The notes under the pieces are model-generated. The model saw nothing but the letters and a program-made list of their open reading frames with translations, had not been told where the DNA came from and searched no databases. From assembly GCA_963741955.1 (NCBI GenBank), contig CAVUKB010000007.1:1120001-1184000 (forward strand): a DNA stretch of 64,000 nucleotides, written 5' to 3'. Each line of letters opens with the position of its first letter. Position 1 is the first letter of the stretch. The stretch is from an uncultured Acidobacteriota bacterium. Lineage in GTDB: Bacteria; Acidobacteriota; Thermoanaerobaculia; Gp7-AA8. The translations under genes were made by a program, and so were the position numbers. Shown piece after piece: positions 58,103 to 64,000 of this stretch.

Positions 58103-59536
58103 ATGAGCGACGAAACACTCGATCCGAACACCACAGAATTCCGGGAGGCTGGTCATCGCCTCATCGACTGGATCGCCGACTATTTCGAACAGCGAGACGG
58201 GAAGTACCCGGTGCTGTCGAAAGTGCAGCCCGGAGAGGTGCTGTCGAAGTTCGGCACCTCACCTCACGACGAAGGGAAATCGTTCGATGCGCTGATCGGG
58301 GAGTTCGAGGAGAAGATTCTCCCGGGTATCACGCACTGGAACCATCCCGGCTTCTTCGCGTACTTCTCGATCACCGGCTCCCAGGCCGGAGTTCTCGGTG
58401 AGCTCCTCTCTTCCGCTCTGAACGTCAACGGGATGCTCTGGAAGACCTCTCCCGCCGTCACCGAGCTCGAGATCCTCGCACTCGACTGGCTGCGTCAGGC
58501 GCTCGGCCTCCCCGCGGGCCTCTTCGGAATCATCAACGACACCGCGTCGATCAATTCATTCCTCGCACTCGCTGCGGCGAGAGAGGCGACTGGATTTTCG
58601 ATCCGCAGCGAAGGAATGACCGGTCGGACGCTCCCGCAGATGCGCATCTACTGTTCCGACCAGGCTCACTCATCGATCGAGAAGGGTGCGCTCGCACTCG
58701 GGTTCGGCCAGCGCGGCGTGCGGAAGATCGAAACCGACTCAGAGTTCCGAATGAATCCGAATGCACTGCGGGTGGCGATTCAGGAGGATCGCGCAGCAGG
58801 CGTCATACCCGTGGCGGTTTCCATCACTCTCGGGACCACCTCCACTGCCGCCGTCGACCCGCTCGAGGAGATCGGTGAGCTCACCCGGCGTGAGGGGATC
58901 TGGCTGCACGTGGATGGCGCGTATGCAGGATCGGCGACGATCGTTCCCGAGTACCGCTGGATCTGGAAGGGCATCGACAACGCCGATTCGATCGTGGTGA
59001 ATCCGCACAAGTGGCTCTTCACCCCGATCGACTGCAGCGTCCTCTACACACGGAAGCCGGACATTCTCAAGGAAACGTTCTCTCTGGTCCCCGAATACCT
59101 GAAGACGGCCGAACAGGAAGTGGTCAACTACATGGACTACGGGCTGCAGCTCGGACGTCGTTTCCGGGCCTTGAAGCTCTGGATGGTGCTGGAGCACTAC
59201 GGTCTGGAGAGAATGCGGGAGACCATCCGCCGTCAGGTCGGATTCGCCGCGCGGCTGACCGTGGCTCTCGAACAAAGAGACGACGTCGAGCTGCTCGCTC
59301 CTCAAAACTTCAGCGTCGTGGTGTTCCGGAAGATCGTGCGCGGCCCGGACGGGCGGATCGACGAGGCGGCCTCGGAGGAGGCAAGCGTCGACCTCATGGA
59401 GCGGATCAATGCATCCGGTTCGATCTTCGTCTCCCACACCCGGCTGCACGAGAAATTCGCCATCCGCGTCGCGATCGGGAACGGTGCGACGGAGTGGAAG
59501 CACGTCGCAAGGCTTCTCACGTTCATCGAGGAGTAA
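58103..59536 (+). CDS. PLP-dependent group II decarboxylase (aromatic L-amino acid decarboxylase family)
   Basis: THWNHPGFFAYF, QAHSSIEK, GTTS, HVDGAYAG, NPHKW, LGRRFRALKLW. Confidence 0.93.
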   Translation: MSDETLDPNTTEFREAGHRLIDWIADYFEQRDGKYPVLSKVQPGEVLSKFGTSPHDEGKSFDALIGEFEEKILPGITHWNHPGFFAYFSITGSQAGVLGELLSSALNVNGMLWKTSPAVTELEILALDWLRQALGLPAGLFGIINDTASINSFLALAAAREATGFSIRSEGMTGRTLPQMRIYCSDQAHSSIEKGALALGFGQRGVRKIETDSEFRMNPNALRVAIQEDRAAGVIPVAVSITLGTTSTAAVDPLEEIGELTRREGIWLHVDGAYAGSATIVPEYRWIWKGIDNADSIVVNPHKWLFTPIDCSVLYTRKPDILKETFSLVPEYLKTAEQEVVNYMDYGLQLGRRFRALKLWMVLEHYGLERMRETIRRQVGFAARLTVALEQRDDVELLAPQNFSVVVFRKIVRGPDGRIDEAASEEASVDLMERINASGSIFVSHTRLHEKFAIRVAIGNGATEWKHVARLLTFIEE

Positions 59537-59714
59537 GTTCTGGACGCCCCGCGCACGTTCGTCCCGTCGACGTTGTTGCAGAGCTGGCGGTGTCCGGCGA
59601 CGATTCGCACCGGCCGCGACGGGCCATGGCCGGCGTTTGGCAATCGTGAGACAGGCATGTACCATGCGCCGGTCGGCGGCAGGAGGCGCGCGGCCGGACA
59701 CTTCAGGAGCCCCC

Positions 59715-60278
59715 ATGACAGAGACCCGCGAGATCAGAGCCGGCGCGTTTTACGCACGCGCGATCGAGGCGGTGGATGACCTGCTGAGCCGTCTGCGCCT
59801 GTCGCATGCGTTCGTCGGGTCGGTGGCGGCTTCCGTCTGGGCCGGGCGTGAGGTGGAGAGCGGCTCGGTCGACGTCCTCGCCGTGACCAGTCCTGACCAG
59901 CAGGCGCAGATCCCGATGATGGCCTCGAACCATGGATTTCAGGTCGACGAAGCGAGGGTCGAGTCGGCTCGAGAGCTCGATCTCGTTCCTCTCGGGTTCC
60001 CTTCCCCTGAAGGAACGATCCGGGTGCACGTTCTTCTCGCAACGAACGCTCTGTATGCGAAGATGTTCGGACGGCTGGCCGATGCTTCGCTCGGCGACCG
60101 GACGGTCCAGGTCATCGGAGCAGAGGATTTCGCCCTCCTGCTGTCGATGGCCCAGGATCCGGAAAGCGCACGGCTCCGGGAGGAAGTTGCCCGGAACGGA
60201 GGAGAGGATTTCGACGTCGAGCGGTTCAACCGGACTCTCGAGACGATTGGAATCGGAGGGAAGGCGATTATTCGATGA
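59715..60278 (+). CDS. Nucleotidyltransferase-fold hypothetical protein with a degenerate motif
   Basis: AGGAG SD; FVGSVAASVWAGREVESGSVDVL and VIGAEDFALL resemble the NTase GG-A...DxD and EDL patterns. Confidence 0.6.
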   Translation: MTETREIRAGAFYARAIEAVDDLLSRLRLSHAFVGSVAASVWAGREVESGSVDVLAVTSPDQQAQIPMMASNHGFQVDEARVESARELDLVPLGFPSPEGTIRVHVLLATNALYAKMFGRLADASLGDRTVQVIGAEDFALLLSMAQDPESARLREEVARNGGEDFDVERFNRTLETIGIGGKAIIR

Positions 60279-61414
60279 AGTGGGTCCGGAGCAGCCAGGA
60301 ACTGTCGAAGCTGACGCGGGAGATCTCCACCCTGCGTACCCTCGCGATCGATACCGAAGCAGACTCGCTCCACAGTTACTTCGACAAGGTCTGTCTGATC
60401 CAGCTGTCGGACGAGAAGGAAGATTACCTGATCGATCCGCTGGCGGACATCGACCTGCAGCCGTTCGGTGCGATCCTCTCCGACAAGGCGATCACGAAGA
60501 TCTTCCATGGAGCGGATTACGACCTGCGGATTCTCGACCGGGACTTCGGGATCGAAGTCCACAATCTGGTCGACACGATGATCTGCGCGCAACTCCTCGG
60601 TTACGAAGCGTTCGGTCTGGCTGCTCTCCTGAAACGGCACTTCGATCTGGAGGTCGACAAATCACATCAGCGTGCCGACTGGTCGATGCGCCCGATCACT
60701 CCGGAGATGGCACGGTACGCCGCCATGGATACGCATTACCTGATCCGGCTCGCGGTCATCCTTCGGGACGAGCTCCGCGCACTCGGCCGCTGGGAATGGG
60801 CCGAGGAGGAGTTTCTCAGGCTGGAGGCGATCCGGTTCCACGAAGACGAGGATCAGGAGCGGTTCCGTAAGATCAAGGGAGCTGCAAAGCTCGACCGCCG
60901 CAGTCTCGCTCTCCTGGCGAAGCTCTACCAGTGGCGCGACGGACGAGCCAGACGAGCGGACAAGCCTCCGTTCCGCATTCTGGGGAACGAAGCGATGATC
61001 GAGATCGCCAGGACGTTTCCGGAGGAAACGCGCGAGCTTCTGAAGATCAAGGGAGTGTCGTCGTATCACCTCTCGCACTTCGCGGACGAGATCCTCGGCG
61101 CGGTGCGGGACGCACGCCAGTTGGACGAATCCGAGCTTCCGGAGAAGATCGATCCCCGGCCCTGGAGACGCGACAACGCGCTCGAGCGGCGGATCGACCG
61201 GCTCAAGCGGGTGAGGAACGAGGTGGCGGCCTCGCTGAAGATCGAGCCGTCCGTCGTCGCCCCGCGCCATCTTCTCGCCGCGGTCGCCGAGATGCGGCCT
61301 TCTTCGCCCGAAGAGCTCGACCAGATCCCCGCGATGAGGCGGTGGCAGCGCGATGTGCTCGGCGAGAAGCTCGTTGCTGCGCTCGCACTGGAAACCTCCC
61401 CGCAGGATCAATAG
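60275..61414 (+). CDS. rnd: Ribonuclease D
   Basis: AIDTEADS, CLIQ, FHGADYD, DWSMRP, YAAMD; two HRDC-like domains. Confidence 0.92.
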   Translation: MKWVRSSQELSKLTREISTLRTLAIDTEADSLHSYFDKVCLIQLSDEKEDYLIDPLADIDLQPFGAILSDKAITKIFHGADYDLRILDRDFGIEVHNLVDTMICAQLLGYEAFGLAALLKRHFDLEVDKSHQRADWSMRPITPEMARYAAMDTHYLIRLAVILRDELRALGRWEWAEEEFLRLEAIRFHEDEDQERFRKIKGAAKLDRRSLALLAKLYQWRDGRARRADKPPFRILGNEAMIEIARTFPEETRELLKIKGVSSYHLSHFADEILGAVRDARQLDESELPEKIDPRPWRRDNALERRIDRLKRVRNEVAASLKIEPSVVAPRHLLAAVAEMRPSSPEELDQIPAMRRWQRDVLGEKLVAALALETSPQDQ

Positions 61415-61550
61415 AATCCCCCAGGAGTCTGCGCGGTAGAAATGTCCATCGCGCAGACTTGCAGGGATCGGGAGGGAGTCTCTCCTCCGTCAGCCGCGAC
61501 GATCCCGCGCGCGGCAACCCGGTCCGTTCCGTTCAGAAGGGAGTACTCGA

Positions 61551-62534
61551 ATGCAACTCGTCGATCAGTACAGAGTGGTCGTGATCGGGTCAGGACCGGC
61601 CGGCTGCACCGCCGCGCTCTACCTCGCGCGCGCAAACCTCAAGCCCGTCGTCCTCGAAGGCCTCCAGCCGGGAGGGCAGCTCACCATCACGACCGAAGTA
61701 GAGAACTACCCGGGATTTCCGGAAGGGATCATGGGTCCCGAACTGATGGATCTGATGCGAAAACAGGCCGAGCGGTTCGGGGCCGATTTCGTGATGGAGA
61801 ACGTCGTCAGCGTCGATCTTACCCAGCACCCCTTCAAAGTGGTCACGGACGACAAGACCTATCAGTGCTTTTCGCTCATCGTCGCGTCGGGTGCCTCCGC
61901 CAAACAGATCGGACTTCAATCCGAGAAGGAGCTCCAGGGATTCGGCGTCTCGTACTGCGCGACGTGCGACGGATTCTTCTTCAAGGGGAAGGAGATCGTG
62001 GTGGTCGGCGGCGGCGATTCCGCGATGGAAGAAGCGACGTTCCTGACCAGATTCGCCTCCAAGGTGACCATCGTTCACCGGCGTGAGGAACTGCGCGCTT
62101 CGAAGATCATGCAGGAGCGCGCACGCAGCAATCCGAAGATCGAGTTCCTCCTCGGCTACGAAGTGGAGGAGGTCGTCGGGAGCAAGGAAGGGGGAGTGAG
62201 TGCCCTGAAGCTGAAGCACTCCAGGACCGCAGAAGTTTCGGAGCTCGCGACCCAGGGACTCTTCGTGGCGATCGGACACACCCCCAACACCGCCGCGTAC
62301 AAGGGCCAGCTCGAGCTGGACGAGCGCGGATACATCGTCACCAAACCGAACAGTACACACACGAACATTCAGGGAGTCTTCGCCGCCGGAGACGTGGCCG
62401 ACCACGTCTACCGTCAGGCGGTGACGGCCGCCGGGACGGGCTGCATGGCTTCCCTCGACTGCGAGCGATGGCTCACGCACGAGAGGATCACCGAGCGGTG
62501 GGACCTGGAGAAAGGTGAAGAGGAACGAGTGTGA
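61551..62534 (+). CDS. trxB: Thioredoxin-disulfide reductase
   Basis: [46 protein letters not shown]. Confidence 0.97.
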   Translation: MQLVDQYRVVVIGSGPAGCTAALYLARANLKPVVLEGLQPGGQLTITTEVENYPGFPEGIMGPELMDLMRKQAERFGADFVMENVVSVDLTQHPFKVVTDDKTYQCFSLIVASGASAKQIGLQSEKELQGFGVSYCATCDGFFFKGKEIVVVGGGDSAMEEATFLTRFASKVTIVHRREELRASKIMQERARSNPKIEFLLGYEVEEVVGSKEGGVSALKLKHSRTAEVSELATQGLFVAIGHTPNTAAYKGQLELDERGYIVTKPNSTHTNIQGVFAAGDVADHVYRQAVTAAGTGCMASLDCERWLTHERITERWDLEKGEEERV

Positions 62535-64000
62535 TTCAGACACCAGGAAAAGGAGAGCGGTTGCTCATCCTCGGTGGTGGTGGCATGGTCGGACGGCAGG
62601 TCGCCCGCGAGGCGGCGCGCGAGATCGGTCCGTCCGAAGTCATCATCTCCGCACTGACCCGAGAGGAAGTCGAGAGCGCCGTCGACGATCTCCGCCGCGA
62701 GGCAGAGGCCGCCGGATGGCAGACGAAATTCACCGCCGCGTGGGGAGACATCTTTCTTCCGCGAGCTTTGCAGAACCAGCCCCGCTCCGCGCTGGTGAGA
62801 GAGAGGGCGCTGTTCGACCTCCTGTTCGACGAGATCTTTTCGTCGGATCAGCAGGCGTACAAGGATTCCGAGCTCTATCACCTGGTCGAAGAGCACAAGC
62901 CCGACCTGATTGTCGACTGCATCAACACCGCGACCGCGATCAGCTATCAGGACGTCTACACCACTTCGAAAAAGGTGAAGCTTCTCCTCGACCGGCTGGA
63001 AGACGAGAAGGGGATCGCCCCCGGCAGCCTGCAGGACTTCGTGGAATCGATCCGCGAGCTCCTCATCGCGCAGGGGATCCCGCAGATCACCCGGCACATC
63101 ATGTTTCTCTCCCAGACCCTCAGGGACACCGCCGTGCGCCTGTATGTGAAGGTCGGCACGACCGGAACGGGAGGAATGGGAATCAACATCCCTTACACCC
63201 ACAGTGAAGACCGTCCGTCGGCGACGCTCCTGTCGAAGTCGGCGATCGGGTTCGCGCATACCGGACTTCTCTTCCTTCTCGCCCGCACCCCCGGCGCGGT
63301 GAGTCCGTCCGGCGACGAGCTCCACGCTCCGATCGTGAAGGAAGTCAAACCGGGAGCGATGATCGGATTCAAGCAGCTCGGCGTGACCCACGTACGCCTC
63401 TCCGGCGCGACCGGACGGCGAGAGCCGGGGTATCTGCTCGAGCCGCATTGCAGCAAACTCGATGGGGCGGTCCAGCCGCGCGAGAGTTTCGACGATTACG
63501 AGCGGTTCGGCGGTAAAGACGTGCCGGTCCGTCTGGTCGGTGCGGACACGGGGGAGAACGGGTTCTTCTCGATCGGCGAGTTTCAGGCCATCACGTATCC
63601 ACTCCAGATGGAGTTCGTCACCCCGGAAGAGGTCGCGCGCACGGTGGTGCTGGAGATGCTCGGTGCGTCGACCGGACGTGACGTCCTCGCGGCCATCGAC
63701 GGAGCGATCACCGAACCGAGCTACCGGGCGGGCATTCTGCGTGACCACGCATGCCGTCAGCTCGACCGGCTCGACAAGGCGATCCGCAGCGAAGACGAGG
63801 ACGTCCTCCCGTCGATCGCCGTCGGGCACCTCGGGCCGCCTCGTCTTTCCAAGCTTCTGATCGAGGCATACCTGATCCGGGCGGCGGCGAAGACTTCGAG
63901 TTTCGACGATCTGCTGGAGCTCGATGCGGAGACGGTGCGCACGAAGGTCGAGGAGTTCCTCGCGGCGAATCCGAGAGTCACCAGCATGATCGCGACGATC
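62531..64000 (+). CDS. Large Rossmann-fold (SDR-like) protein, truncated by the window edge; absent from the supplied ORF track
   Basis: GTGA overlap with trxB; [55 protein letters not shown]. Confidence 0.8.
   Translation, partial: MIQTPGKGERLLILGGGGMVGRQVAREAAREIGPSEVIISALTREEVESAVDDLRREAEAAGWQTKFTAAWGDIFLPRALQNQPRSALVRERALFDLLFDEIFSSDQQAYKDSELYHLVEEHKPDLIVDCINTATAISYQDVYTTSKKVKLLLDRLEDEKGIAPGSLQDFVESIRELLIAQGIPQITRHIMFLSQTLRDTAVRLYVKVGTTGTGGMGINIPYTHSEDRPSATLLSKSAIGFAHTGLLFLLARTPGAVSPSGDELHAPIVKEVKPGAMIGFKQLGVTHVRLSGATGRREPGYLLEPHCSKLDGAVQPRESFDDYERFGGKDVPVRLVGADTGENGFFSIGEFQAITYPLQMEFVTPEEVARTVVLEMLGASTGRDVLAAIDGAITEPSYRAGILRDHACRQLDRLDKAIRSEDEDVLPSIAVGHLGPPRLSKLLIEAYLIRAAAKTSSFDDLLELDAETVRTKVEEFLAANPRVTSMIATI

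Overview
High-GC bacterial chromosomal window, most likely Acidobacteriota. This placement is inferred from an acidobacterial-type VWA protein, a divergent Hfq paralogue and an lmo0937-type small protein behind a sigma54 promoter. Most of the window is housekeeping: tpiA-secG-tRNA-Leu(GAG), a biotin carboxylase and carrier pair, queD, apt, acyP, pcm, surE, pdxA, etfBA, ETF-QO, moxR-DUF58-transglutaminase, pdxJ, an ABC-F ATPase, cinA, truA-uppS-cdsA-dxr-rseP, dapF, a PLP decarboxylase, rnd and trxB. There are three accessory blocks. (1) A ~7.6 kb chaperone-usher pilus island between etfA and the ETF-QO gene, with three DUF4402-type pilins, a fourth donor-strand-only subunit, a chaperone, an usher, and a SARP regulator with a C-terminal receiver domain next to TTGACG direct repeats. 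(2) A surface-glycan operon at the left edge with a PIG-L deacetylase/GT2/coiled-coil fusion. (3) A lipid-linked glycan cluster (45.8-58 kb) with a priming transferase and two GT-C-like membrane proteins but no visible flippase or polymerase. Other signals are two copies of a 179-bp fully self-complementary MITE-like element, a probably inactive adenylate-cyclase-like receptor, recurrent leaderless-type promoters, and an AT-rich twin-operator patch next to a heptamer tandem array. No CRISPR array, rRNA, integrase or transposase gene was seen. All calls come from reading motifs by eye; no database search was run, and start codons were adjusted by hand.
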